Shown here one piece after another: positions 26,526 to 38,132 of a stretch of 64,000 nucleotides of DNA. The stretch is from NCBI GenBank assembly GCA_965235115.1, contig OZ249436.1, forward strand, positions 20,214,001 to 20,278,000, written 5' to 3'. A program made the position numbers and the translations under genes. The notes under the pieces were generated by a model. It was not told the origin of the DNA, did not search any database, and saw only the letters and a program-made list of their open reading frames with translations. Origin of the DNA: Laetmonice hystrix (Eukaryota). Position 1 is the stretch's first letter. Every line of letters starts with the position of its first letter.

Positions 26526-27251
26526 GATCCGCTATCCTGCTACAACGACATGTAGGTGTCATCGCTTGGGATGATAACAACAGAACTTGATAACAAACTT
26601 AAAAACAATTATTGATCATTGTTGGACATAGAAACAACACAAGTAAATAAATATTACGGAAGGGCAGAAGTCTACCGATAGGATATTACATTAATATAAA
26701 AGAGTATAATGGCATACCTCATTGAGAACCATACATCTTCGAAACCTGTTAAAGTTCCCGAATAAGCAAGTATTCTAATATGTACACAACCTTTAAACAT
26801 TTCACCCGAATCTCAGACATGGCTAACCTCAACCTGTCCAAAACAGCCGAACATCAAAGTTGCAGTTTGCCTTCAAAAGGACGTAATCTAGGCAGATCCT
26901 ATTAATCAAAGGCCGACATGATTAAACATCCTGAAGGGAAAAGAAGTCCGGGGCACATAAATACGAGGTATCCGCTTCAGTCCTTTGTAGAGTTTAAAGT
27001 GGCATGAACACGCAATCCACCTGAGGGTGATCATGATGGCGCAATGGCGTGGCCGTGGGATAGTGCCGTTTACCCGGGCCGCCATTGAGGGTAAAACGTC
27101 ACAACGGAAAATGATCAAAGTATTATGTTTATAACAGACATTAGGAGCAAGGTATTGTGCCCAGGCCGTGTTGAAATGTTGGACAGTATCGTAAACTAAA
27201 AATTAGATAAGTTGATGATAAGTGCGATCCGATCTGATCTGATCCGATCCG

Positions 27252-27472
27252 ATAATGACCAGTTTATGAACATGTCCAGCCTAGTGAATAATGGCCAGTT
27301 TATGAATATATCCACGGCCATACTACCTAGTGAATAATGGCCAGTTTATGAATATATCCACGGCCATACTACCTAGTGAATAATGGCCAGTTTATGAATA
27401 TATCCACGGCCATACTACCTAGTGAATAATGACCGGTTTATGGACATATCCACAGCCATACCTATATAGTGA
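27252..27472. repeat. 46-bp minisatellite, about 4.5 copies, preceded by a (GATCY)n run
   Basis: CCTAGTGAATAATGGCCAGTTTATGAATATATCCACGGCCATACTA at 27280, 27326 and 27372, with degenerate flanking copies. Confidence 0.92.
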
Positions 27473-27499
27473 ACGGTGTATATGTCCATATATACGGAT

Positions 27500-27702
27500 A
27501 TTTTATTCCCTCGAAATCTTTTCAATGGAACGAAATGATACATAATTCCGTCATCGAAATCATTTCAACGTAACGAATGATGTTATTTCGGTCCCACGAA
27601 ATCATTTCATAGAAAGAAATATGTTATTTCATCATCTCAAAATCAGTTCGCGGAAACTAAATAACAATTTTTCCCCACCTATATGTCCCCTCGGGGGCTC
27701 CA
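27500..27702. mobile_element. One-ended (truncated) relative of the 46768-46994 MITE
   Basis: Ends ATGTCCCCTCGGGGGCTCCA|TA, nearly identical to the right TIR at ~46975-46994. The interior has short ATTTC..GAAAT sub-repeats. Left TIR not found; start approximate. Confidence 0.6.
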
Positions 27703-28420
27703 TAGACCTTAGATAGTGACAAGGCGCCAATCGTTGTCCACTCACTCACCACAGACACTGTGCACCGCTCATACATAGCGGGAAGGCAGGGCTGGAAACT
27801 TTGTCTATAATCATTATTCAAAATGCTTCTGGGACTCGTTGTTTCATCTGGCCGGGTGGGAGCCCAGCCCTAAAGATTCCCAAAAAGACTCTTGCATTCC
27901 TATGGGTATAAAAGACTCAGGCATGGATTCATGGTATATGGCTAGGTGCACACTGGGTTAGCCGACACAAAAAACATCAACAGTCGTTACCTATACTCAG
28001 ATTACAACCACAGCTTTTTGACGGTCGTTAATGTACATGTGCCATACCACACGTACGTTTTATTATGTTATTATGATGAGGGTCAAACCTCCCAGGAATT
28101 CTGAGAAAAAAAACCGCCCTCTTTGGCAAGCCATCGCCTTTTCTGCATGGAGATCTAACTGTTTATGAATTACCACGATCTTTACAAAAGGTTTCGTTCC
28201 ATCGCACGAAAAGTTCGATTTTTTGGAAATATACAAAGGCCATAAGATAATACGCAGGGGTCGGGGTAGAGGGGGGTCGGGGAGTGGGGTGGGGGGGGGG
28301 GTGGGGGGGGTTTGGGGACAGGGTTACACAAACTCAATACGTCAACTAAATAGCAATGGTCAGAACGGGTGGCTGTGTATGTACGGTCGGAGAAAGATCA
28401 AACTAGAGCGGAGTTTGTAT

Positions 28421-29790
28421 GGTTATACAGGTTGTGTAGGTCACGGTGGTGGCTGCATGGAGGGAGATACGGCTATACAGGTTGTGTAGGTCACGTTGGT
28501 GGCTGCATGGAGGGAGATACGGCTATACAGGTTGTGTAGGTCACGGTGGTGGCTGCATGGAGGGAGATACGGCTATACAGGTTGTGTAGGTCACGGCGGT
28601 GGCTGCATGGAGGGAGATACGGCTATACAGGTTGTGTAGGTCACGGCGGTGGCTGCATGGAGGGAGATACGGCTATACAGGTTGTGTAGGTCACGGCGGT
28701 GGCTGCATGGAGGGAGATACGGCTATACAGGTTGTGTAGGTCACGGTGGTGGCTGCATGGAGGGAGATACGGCTATACAGGTTGTGTAGGTCACGGTGGT
28801 GGCTGCATGGAGGGAGATACGGCTATACAGGTTGTGTAGGTCACGGCGGTGGCTGCATGGAGGGAGATACGGCTATACAGGTTGTGTAGGTCACGGCGGT
28901 GGCTGCATGGAGGGAGATACGGCTATACAGGTTGTGTAGGTCACGGCGGTGGCTGCATGGAGGGAGATACGGCTATACAGGTTGTGTAGGTCACGGCGGT
29001 GGCTGCATGGAGGGAGATACGGCTATACAGGTTGTGTAGGTCACGGCGGTGGCTGCATGGAGGGAGATACGGCTATACAGGTTGTGTAGGTCACGGCGGT
29101 GGCTGCATGGAGGGAGATACGGCTATACAGGTTGTGTAGGTCACGGCGGTGGCTGCATGGAGGGATATACGGCTATAAAGGTTGTGTAGGTCACGGCGGT
29201 GGCTGAATGGAGGGAGATGCGGCTATACAGGTTGTGTAGGTCACGGTGGTGGCTGCATGGAGGGAGATGCGGCTATACAGGTTGTGTAGGTCACGGCGGT
29301 GGCTGCATGGAGGGAGATGCGGCTATACAGGTTGTGTAGGTCACGGCGGTGGCTGCATGGAGGGAGATGCGGCTATACAGGTTGTGTAGGTCACGGCGGT
29401 GGCTGCATGGAGGGAGATGCGGCTATACAGGTTGTGTAGGTCACGGCGGTGGCTGCATGGAGGGAGATGCGGCTATACAGGTTGTGTAGGTCACGGCGGT
29501 GGCTGCATGGAGGGAGATACGGCTATACAGGTTGTGTAGGTCACGGCGGTGGCTGCATGGAGGGAGATACGGCTATACAGGTTGTGTAGGTCACGGCGGT
29601 GGCTGCATGGAGGGAGATACGGCTATACAGGTTGTGTAGGTCACGGCGGTGGCTGCATGGAGGGAGATACGGCTATACAGGTTGTGTAGGTCACGGTGGT
29701 GGCTGCATGGAGGGAGATACGGCTATACAGGTTGTGTAGGTCACGGTGGTGGCTGCATGGAGGGAGATACGGCTATAAAGGTTGTGTAGG
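28421..29790. repeat. 50-bp G-rich minisatellite, about 27 copies
   Basis: GGCTATACAGGTTGTGTAGGTCACGG(C/T)GGTGGCTGCATGGAGGGAGAT(A/G)C repeated in perfect register. Confidence 0.98.
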
Positions 29791-30017
29791 TGGTGGCTGG
29801 AGGCAGATATAAGTTGATTGCGTGTCCTCCAGTGAACGCTGAAACATATCAGTCGAGCAAACAACTATATTCTTGGAACGCGCGTGTCAGTGGAGTATTT
29901 CTGGCTTTTACAGACATTTCATGTTTCAAGACATCAATACGCGGCTCAGATGAAACCACACGAAGAGGGGACTGTATCATTTCCAAATTTTGCAGTGAGG
30001 TACAAATGGGCAAGCCT

Positions 30018-30158
30018 ATTTGATGCAACATAACAATACGATTTTGGCAGTCCGACTTTTACCATAATGGCGGCGCTCACACAATGTCAACGATGTCATC
30101 GTGTGGGCGCCGCCATTATGGTAAGTCGGACTGCCGAAATCGTATTGTTGCATCAAAT
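30018..30158. mobile_element. 141-bp fold-back (hairpin) element, probable MITE
   Basis: ATTTGATGCAACA..ATACGATTTTGGCAGTCCGACTT..ACCATAATGGCGGCGC / GCGCCGCCATTATGGTAAGTCGGACTGCCGAAATCGTATTGTTGCATCAAAT: arms of ~60 bp with small indels. Confidence 0.7.
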
Positions 30159-30459
30159 TATGTAAACCTGTTACTTTATCAGTCAATCGACTGCACACAA
30201 TTTTCAATCGGCCGGATCAGAGACCACACTACACCTCCGGCGGATTCCCGTTAAATGTCCGTCGAATTCCTACACTTTCACTATCCCAGTCTAGATCCCG
30301 AATAGCAAAGTAAACCGGAAATTGCTCGGTCGTTTCGATTGACGGGTCGCGTGAGATGACCGAGCTGTATTCTCTGCCTGCCAAAGGAGGGGGGGGGGGA
30401 GGAGGAGGAGGATGATGATGAAGAAGATGATGATGAGGAAGTCGAAAAGGAGGACCATG

Positions 30460-30663
30460 CAGGGACGGATCCAGGATTTGTTTAAAGGGGGCTACAGACT
30501 TTTTAAGAATAGGCATTCAGTAAAACTAATATTGAAATACTTGAAATAACAACAACGTTATTTGAACCAAAGGAACATAATTTATTCAAGCAGCTAAATA
30601 ATGTGAAAAGATACGCTAAAGGGGTGGGGCACGTGCCCCCTCTGCCCCCTGGATCTGTGCCTG
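30460..30663. mobile_element. MITE with CAG..CTG termini and perfect 5-bp TSD (CCATG)
   Basis: CCATG|CAGGGACGGATCCAGG ... CCTGGATCTGTGCCTG|CCATG. Confidence 0.8.
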
Positions 30664-31099
30664 CCATGGTACAGAAAGAATCCCAGTCTCTTGCACCTTG
30701 ACAACTCCCTTCTCTTTTCGATAAGTGGCAATTTCATTAGCATGTATCAATATACACGCACTTCCTTTGGTAACTCCGACGAGAGCATTGGGTGGAAGGC
30801 AGGGTTACAATCCGTGAGAAAAAGGCACTTGGTCTTTTCTACAATTACCAGGGAAAGTAAATACATACGTAGGTAACATTATCTGCAAATTACCTCGCAA
30901 CATCTTGTGAAATTATTGCCAGTCTCCAAGTATATGAATGTATTTTAGTCAGGCCGTACATTTTGAGCGTGAGGGCCCGAGATGTGAATTCACCATGCAA
31001 CAATCGGCGAAAAAGTGTGCTTTTTTCACGAGCCAGCGCTCTTTAGAAGTACCCTTCGGCTTCCTATTTCAACTGTCGGAGTGTCTCTTCTTCATTGCG

Positions 31100-31512
31100 T
31101 AGGCCTTCGAAACTGTTCAAGTGGTGAGGGATGTTAGTTAGTGGTAGGCCTTCGAAACTGTTCAAGTGGAGAGGGGTGTTAGTTTGTGGTAGATCTTCGA
31201 AACTGTTCAAGTGGTGAGGGATGTTAGTTAGTGGTAGGCCTTCGAAACTGTTCAAGTGGAGAGAGGTGTTAGTAGTAGGCCTTCGAAACTGTTCAAGTGG
31301 AGAGGGGTGTTAGTTTGTGGTAGACCTTCGAAACTGTTCAAGTGGAGAGGGGTGTTAGTAGTAGGCCTTCGAAACTGTTCAAGTGGTAAGTGGTGTTAGT
31401 TTGTGGTAGGCCTTCGAAACTGTTCAAGTGGAGAGGGGTGTTAGTTTGTGGTAGGCCTTCGAAACTGTTCAAGTGGAGAGGGGTGACGTGTTAGCAGTTA
31501 GTGGTAGGCCTA
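31100..31512. repeat. 41-45-bp minisatellite, about 9 copies
   Basis: TAGGCCTTCGAAACTGTTCAAGTGGAGAGGGGTGTTAGTTTGTGG with length variants. Confidence 0.95.
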
Positions 31513-32066
31513 CATTGACCTCAAAGGGCCGATCCACGAACCGTATACAAGTAGCCGGCGGAGGTGTGCGAATTGGAACTCCGTAAAGGTATCAGGTAAC
31601 ATCAATGAACACTAATGACGTGACATTAATTGCCAGAGCGAGCTACATGGCTATCAGGTGTCACATAATTGAACTCGCCCTCATGGTGTGTGGATACTCC
31701 GATGTACCAAGGAGCTAGGGGCTATTTTGTCTCCTCCTATTCACAACGCGCCCACGTCCTTGGCTTGTTGATGCCGTCCTTTGTCCAGTTAAGATGGCTG
31801 CTTCCTATTTTCATCAGGCGCACAGGATATTCTGGTGATCACGTAGATTGACGCTGTATCCAAAAACAGCGACTTCCGTTTGGTTAATGTCATTCGTCGA
31901 ACTATGTCCCCTTCTTACTATAGTTTCATGATGTCTTGAATATTTGTAAATTTCCAGAAGAAGAAATTAAAACATCAGGACAGTTAGACTTCAAGTCGAC
32001 GTCGACATGATGGGGTGAACGTACGAAGCATAGAACATATAACTTGACTTTCTCTAGAAACATTAA

Positions 32067-32601
32067 AGGAATCATAACACTTATTTCATATAGATTTTAT
32101 AAATTGGCGAAAATACTGCTTGTATATGGTCTGGTAATTATGTTCCATAGCACTGCCTACTTGGCTGATTGGATTTCGTGACTATTTTTTAAAAATATTT
32201 AAAAAAACAGCAAATTTGGAATGACGCGCTTCTTTTTCTAGACCTGCAGCAGCACCTACGCGATAGAGTTTTGGCCGGGCGACTTTACACCCTTTTCACA
32301 GAACGCGAGACTATAGCCGCAATCACGTGAACATCTCACCCGTTGCTAAACGCTATGCCTGCAGGTCAGACATTCCCGATGGCGGAAGGCAGCGTTGGTT
32401 TTGAGTGTTCTCGACACGAAATGTGAAATGGGAAGGTGACAGTGCATTTCGCTGCTGTCTGTTTACAATACATAATGTAGGCCTATATTAAACCTAGGAA
32501 GTATCCTCGGGACAGAAGGTGCATAGATTTTGACCAGGTAAGCGCGTGAAACCAGGCCGAACTGGCTTTCCGGAACGCTCAACCAGGGTGCCATGATTTC
32601 T
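32067..32601. mobile_element. Possible decayed Kolobok-like element (TTAA TSD)
   Basis: TTAA|AGGAATCATAACAC ... GTGCCATGATTTCT|TTAA (11/14 TIR match). The right boundary is uncertain. Confidence 0.4.
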
Positions 32602-33250
32602 TTAACCCTTGAAATAATATACCAAATTTACGATAGCTTCTTATAAAATGCATTATACCGACATACATAATGTACCACGCTGTCTCTGTGGCAAGTTTCA
32701 AAAGAAACGGTCGAGTCTTCTTTGAGATATACATAGATGAGTGTTTTTAAAAATAAAAAAATGGCTACCGGGCGGCGATGGGATCAGAAATTCCTTTGAC
32801 GTGCATAATCCCGCCTGGGGGCCGTTGTATAAATTCCCGCTCGATCAAATTGCCATTGAATAGCAGTTTTAGCGAGGGCGAGGGTAGGTGATCTTTGGAC
32901 ATGAAGATTTTCATGAAGATTGATTATGCGTCTTTGAGAAATCGCTATCCTACGGATGCACGGATGTGCGGACATACGTTAGGATCTAATACATCCAACA
33001 AATGTTTACACAATATCACATTCAAGTAGATGTGGTGCATACTTTTGTATACAAAAACAATTACACGTATCTGTATACACCATGCATTCACAAGCTGAGT
33101 TGGTATGTAAGGAGCCTGAGGCAGACTGTGCGCCAGAGATTTCAACATAGAAGAGCAAGCGCAACAGTGAGGGAAATTCGGCGATAAAATTTCAGAAAGG
33201 AATTGCCTGAAACGAAGACGCTATGCAGTATAGTTGAGCATAAGCGGTGA

Positions 33251-33684
33251 CAGGGACAGTAATCACACACCTCAACTGTGTCAATAATGCCTCAACTGTG
33301 TTGATAATATTGGAAACTCGAGTGGTTCGGAGAATCACACACAATCATGGACAGTAATCACACGCCTAAACGGTGTCAATAATATTGGAAACTGAGTGGT
33401 TCGGAGAATCACACACAGGGACAGTAATCACACGCCTCAACTGTGTCAATAATATTGGAAACTCGAGTGGTTCAAAGAATCACACACAGGGACAGTAATC
33501 ACACGCCTCAACTGTGTCAATAATATTGGAAACTCGAGTGGTTCAAAGAATCACACACAGGGACAGTAATCACACGCCTCAACTGTGTCAACATTATTGG
33601 AAACTCGAGTGGTCTGGAGAATCACACACAGGGACAGTAATCACACGCCTCAACGCTGTCAATAATATTGGAAACTCAAGTGGT
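33251..33684. repeat. 71-bp minisatellite, about 6 copies
   Basis: CAGGGACAGTAATCACACGCCTCAACTGTGTCAATAATATTGGAAACTCGAGTGGTTC..AGAATCACACA; period 71 (33481 to 33552). Confidence 0.95.
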
Positions 33685-33863
33685 AAGGGGGATCATGGTG
33701 TGATTATGCCTTGCCAAAAACGCTAGCGGAGACTTCTGGAAATTTCTTTCTTTTATAACCATCTATAAATTTTACGGCGTGAAAATGGCGAAACTAGATT
33801 AGAGACGTTTTGTCTCCCGGTTCCCCGTGAGAATCGTGCCAACAGTACAGATCAACATATAGA

Positions 33864-35105
33864 TCAGGTGGGCCTAAAAATTTTGGAACACTCTTTTCTG
33901 GACTGTAACTTCTATAACTTTTAGCGTAATGTCATAATATTTGGGACGTGATATCATCTGGTTAATTGCGGCTTGTGGTACAAATTTCAGAATAGGTAAA
34001 AATGTCTAAAAATTAGGGCCATTTTAAAAACTGCATGTCAAAAATTGCAATGCCGGACCAGGCGTCCTCGGCAGAGTTCCGCTGTGTCTGGAACACTCTT
34101 TACTTGACTATAGCTTCTACAGTTTTCATAGTTTGTCACTGATATTTAGGGCATCATGTTATATGGTTAATAGCATTTAGTGGTGAAAATTTTAGGCAGA
34201 TAGGCCAAAAACTCTTTATGTGGAAGCAAATCAAACATCACATGTCGAAAAATGCAATGCCGGAGAGCCATGTAAGTCTTGAGTGTCACCTACCTATTTC
34301 AGTTGAAATGCGAGAGAGCCATGTAAGTGTCACCTACCTATTTCAGTTGAAATGAAAAGGTGATCGATGTGACCCCCATCCTGTTCACTGTTCACACACA
34401 GCCCTTAAGCCGCTTTCACATGCATACGGTTGCGGCGTGCGGCATGCGGCGTGCGTTTTTGTTAATAATGTAACAAATGTAAATCGCCGCACGCCGCAAA
34501 CCGGAGACATGTGAATGGTTATATCTATTTTCAGTTGTTCAATTTTTGCAAAAACGCAGGCCGCACACCACACACCGCAAACCGTGTGCATGTGAAAGCG
34601 GCTTTAGTCTCTTTTTGAAGTAGATCTATCCCGGCTAACTTCCTGACCTCTTCTAGAGTAATTCCCTCCCACCTTTCCCCCTTCAGTTCGTTCTCAGCGA
34701 ATTTTTGTTTGCAACCTTACTTTCTCAGACAGGGAATCCCAAATGGTGTACATTTAACGTCACGTCATTCAGGCACAGTGGCAACAACCCTGCCTTAATC
34801 GGGACACACACACACACACACCAAGAAAACTGGGTCATTCAACGCGACGGGACGTTTTTTAGGGCAGTTTCCCGCTTAAAAGACGTGCGGCTTCACGCTA
34901 ATGACCCCAGTCCGGCATTGCAATTTTTGACACGAATTTTTAAAAATTACCCTATTTGTAGACGTTTTGACCCATTTATCTGAAATTTGCATCACTGACC
35001 CCAAATAACCAGATAATATCATGTTGCCAATAGTACGACATTGGGGTAAAAATTATAGAAGTTACAGTCAATAAAAGAGTGTTCCAATTTTTTTGGCCCA
35101 CCCGA
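33864..35105. mobile_element. Tc1/mariner-type non-autonomous element hosting a nested MITE
   Basis: Left TCAGGTGGGCCTAAAAATTTTGGAACACTCTTTT..GACTGTAACTTCTATAA. Right TTATAGAAGTTACAGTC..AAAAGAGTGTTCCAATTTTTTTGGCCCACCCGA|TA. An internal ~205-bp direct repeat of the subterminal segment is present (33885 vs 34090). Left flank is GA rather than TA. Confidence 0.72.
34408..34603. mobile_element. 196-bp PIF/Harbinger (Tourist-like) MITE, TTA TSD
   Basis: TTA|AGCCGCTTTCACATGCA ... TGCATGTGAAAGCGGCT|TTA: perfect 17-bp TIR extending imperfectly to ~55 bp. Confidence 0.88.
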
Positions 35106-35688
35106 TATGTTCACATATACTCCGTTACCATCATGACGACAATAAGTATAAGGAAAGACCAAATTACAAACTGTCGTAGACATGATAGGCATAGGCTACA
35201 TCGGTGCAAAACAACACATTCAGTGAATGAGAGAGGAAAGGAGAGCCACTCTCCCTGACCAGGATTGGCCCTTAACAATAACACGAAACAGCAAATTAAT
35301 TTATCACCCAACGCGGCCTATAATATAGAGTCAACCACCTACACCATGCCGGCTCCGCCAGGGAGCATTCTGTGTATCTCAGCTGCCATATCGGCTCCGC
35401 CAGGGAGCATTCCGTGTATCCCAGCTGCCAAATCCAATAAATATATCACGTATGGTACATCCCATCCCTAGCTTTGACTGGCAGTCGACCTGATGGATCC
35501 ACAGATGGGTTGTCTGTTCTCGACCGTCGGTCGGAGCCTGTAGGCGCATGGATAAGACAATTGCCTCGTTGAGTGATGTTCCTACACACAGTTGAAGAGT
35601 CCAGGGAATCCGTAAAATCTTTACCTTTCGATCATTATCCAAGGTTTGCTTCTAAAACGAGAATTTATTTACGATTCTCTATACAGGT

Positions 35689-35954
35689 CAGGGTTTCCGC
35701 CAGAGGGTAAAATGGGTAAAATTCCGTACCCAAAAATTTTTCCAGGGTACGGATCCGTACCCTCAAAATCGTTGGGTAACCGTTTTTCCATGAAGTGATA
35801 AAAACCTCCTGCATGGTGATGTCTTGAGCAACTTGAAGAAATCAAATATAATGTTTACAGTAGGGCCTATATGCAGTGGTTAGGGTTAGGGTTAACCCCT
35901 AACCCTAACCCCTCCTCTGGTCCGTACCCTAAGTTTTCTTCTGGTGAAACCCTG
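35689..35954. mobile_element. MITE with CAGGGTTTC termini and perfect 5-bp TSD (CAGGT)
   Basis: CAGGT|CAGGGTTTCCGCCAGA ... TCTGGTGAAACCCTG|CAGGT; internal TCCGTACCC repeats and a TTAGGG/CCCTAA palindrome. Confidence 0.82.
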
Positions 35955-36820
35955 CAGGTACACCTGGGGATGGCGTCAACTCGCGACAGCGAAGAACCAG
36001 CATTATGGTATCTAAATGGGCCATGTGATCATTCTACTTACCCCCATTGCAGTCGTACCAGAATAAGATGCACTAAGCGCCCTGAAGTGCACTTTCCCGT
36101 TTCCGAGTCAATCCGCTTAAGCTGTCCGATGGTATACCAGGCTACTCTGTTACAAACGTGGTAGTAGAATTAGGTATCCAGGTCCGATATTCGCGGATTC
36201 CCATTAAATTGCACCAGCTGACAACAGCTGCTCAGCATAGAAATAAGGTGAACTGTAGACCTGCATGAAACTCTTCTTATATCAACTTAAAAACGGGAGA
36301 GGGTGTCGTATGAAGGAATGAAATATAACACTCTAATGGCAGTGCTCTTTAAAATCCGCTACATTGGTGTTCTTCCTGCATCATGCCTCCTTGCTGCCGA
36401 GCATAGTAGGTGTTAAATGACATTTGATTAAAAACGGGAAAATAAGAAAGAATATGTAAATTGTGAGTAAAAATTCACAATAGTGTCTATATTCCTGTCT
36501 TGAGCACAATTTATTATCGTACTGTAGTCAATGAACCATTTTATTATAGGCGTACTTGTATCCATTGTACCGAGGTGGGTGGTCTCCCACGAGCTGCAAT
36601 AAGAGTTATGTTGTTGCAGAGTTCAGGAATGACAACTCATAGATAATCCTTCCAAGGAGTGTGTTTGCAGTTAGTGTACTCCACGTAAACTTGCATTAAA
36701 AACTCGCTTTATTGTTTACCAATTCGCTAATTCTGACGCATACGAGTTGGAATTCACTTAACATAATCACACAAGCCAGTCTGAAAATAATGTTTTTTTA
36801 AATAGGTCTCTCTTTCTCTG

Positions 36821-36852
<32 letters not shown>

Positions 36853-37868
36853 TCACTCAATTTCAAATAAGGCGTGACCTTTTAGCAAAATATGTACACA
36901 TGTCGCTTCTCATATATCATGCATAGCTCCCCTACCTTCCATGTGAGTTTGATAGGTATTACTACAAAAAAAAAGGCATAAGTTGTCGAATCGTCTTTCA
37001 TAATGACTTTTAACAAAGAGCCAAAATTGATATATCCCAACATTTTGTAGCCGGCTCTGACTACACACAAAAGTAAGAGGCGTTTTCCTATTCCTAGGCA
37101 TATCAGTTTTATTAAAACTGCTTCCGTAATATTCTCTGGGGAATCAATGTGCTTTCTTTGACGATTTCTCGACCTGCATTGGTTGCGAACTATTATCGAA
37201 GGTGTGCTCTATACGCCGCAAGAAGAAGAGCCATTGTCACAAGAAGTCGCCAGCTTTTACCGTGTCCCCTGCACCAGAACTTCTGTCACCATCAGACATA
37301 ACATGACTGATTTCTAGATAGTGTGTGTTAACAGAATGTCTTTAAGCTTTATTCGCATTAACATATTTATAATATAGAGTTACTAAGATTAACTTGATCT
37401 TTGTGATGGGGCTTGCAGGGGTAGTCGCCTGGTTTTAAGACCCGACATAAACTACTTGAATAGCGCCTAGTCTCACATTGTCAGTACACATAAAGAAAAT
37501 CAAATCTATAGATTAGATTCTGAGTATATTTAGTAAGCCATATGTTTGCTGCGAAATCTGATGTTTGCTAAAAAAAAACGTGCCACGTTAGTCCAGGCGA
37601 ATAATAGTTTATAGACTCTGCTGAACAAAAATATAAACACACAAAATTACAGCTGAGTGCCATGACATGAGCGTCACTAGATCCACCATGTGTGTATGGG
37701 TGTATGTACCAAATGGTTATTTCTTGCTATTGTATGGCAAAATTTGTGTTTTTAATGTCACTTGAGGTGACGGGTTTTCTGTATGAGATTAAACCTCCCC
37801 TCCCCATTACACAGGAGTGAGATGTCCCGACGGTGATCACAGAGCATGACCACTCCATTTGGAATTTA

Positions 37869-38132
37869 GGGGCGGACCATTTTATGCGGGGGGGAGGGGG
37901 TTGGTTTTTTTTATTTGAAAAAATAATCTGTTCACCAAACACGGGGGGGGGGGGGGCTATATAGAAATAAAAATGTAAAAAATATATAGTATAGTCGAAA
38001 TGGGAAGAAAATAATTGGATTAATGGTCATAGCAGAAAAAAGAAGAAGATAGCTTCGGCCTGGGGGCAAAAAAAGTTTGCTCATGCAGGAAAAAACATAG
38101 CCCCCCCCCCCCGGTATCACATGGTCCGCCCC
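37869..38132. mobile_element. 264-bp PIF/Harbinger-like MITE, TTA TSD
   Basis: TTA|GGGGCGGACCAT ... ATGGTCCGCCCC|TTA with subterminal G-run and C-run. Confidence 0.85.

Noticed and set aside
25101..33684. CRISPR-like arrays among the regular 45-71-bp repeats
   Set aside because: Units are full tandem copies with no unique spacers, there are no cas genes, and the context is eukaryotic.
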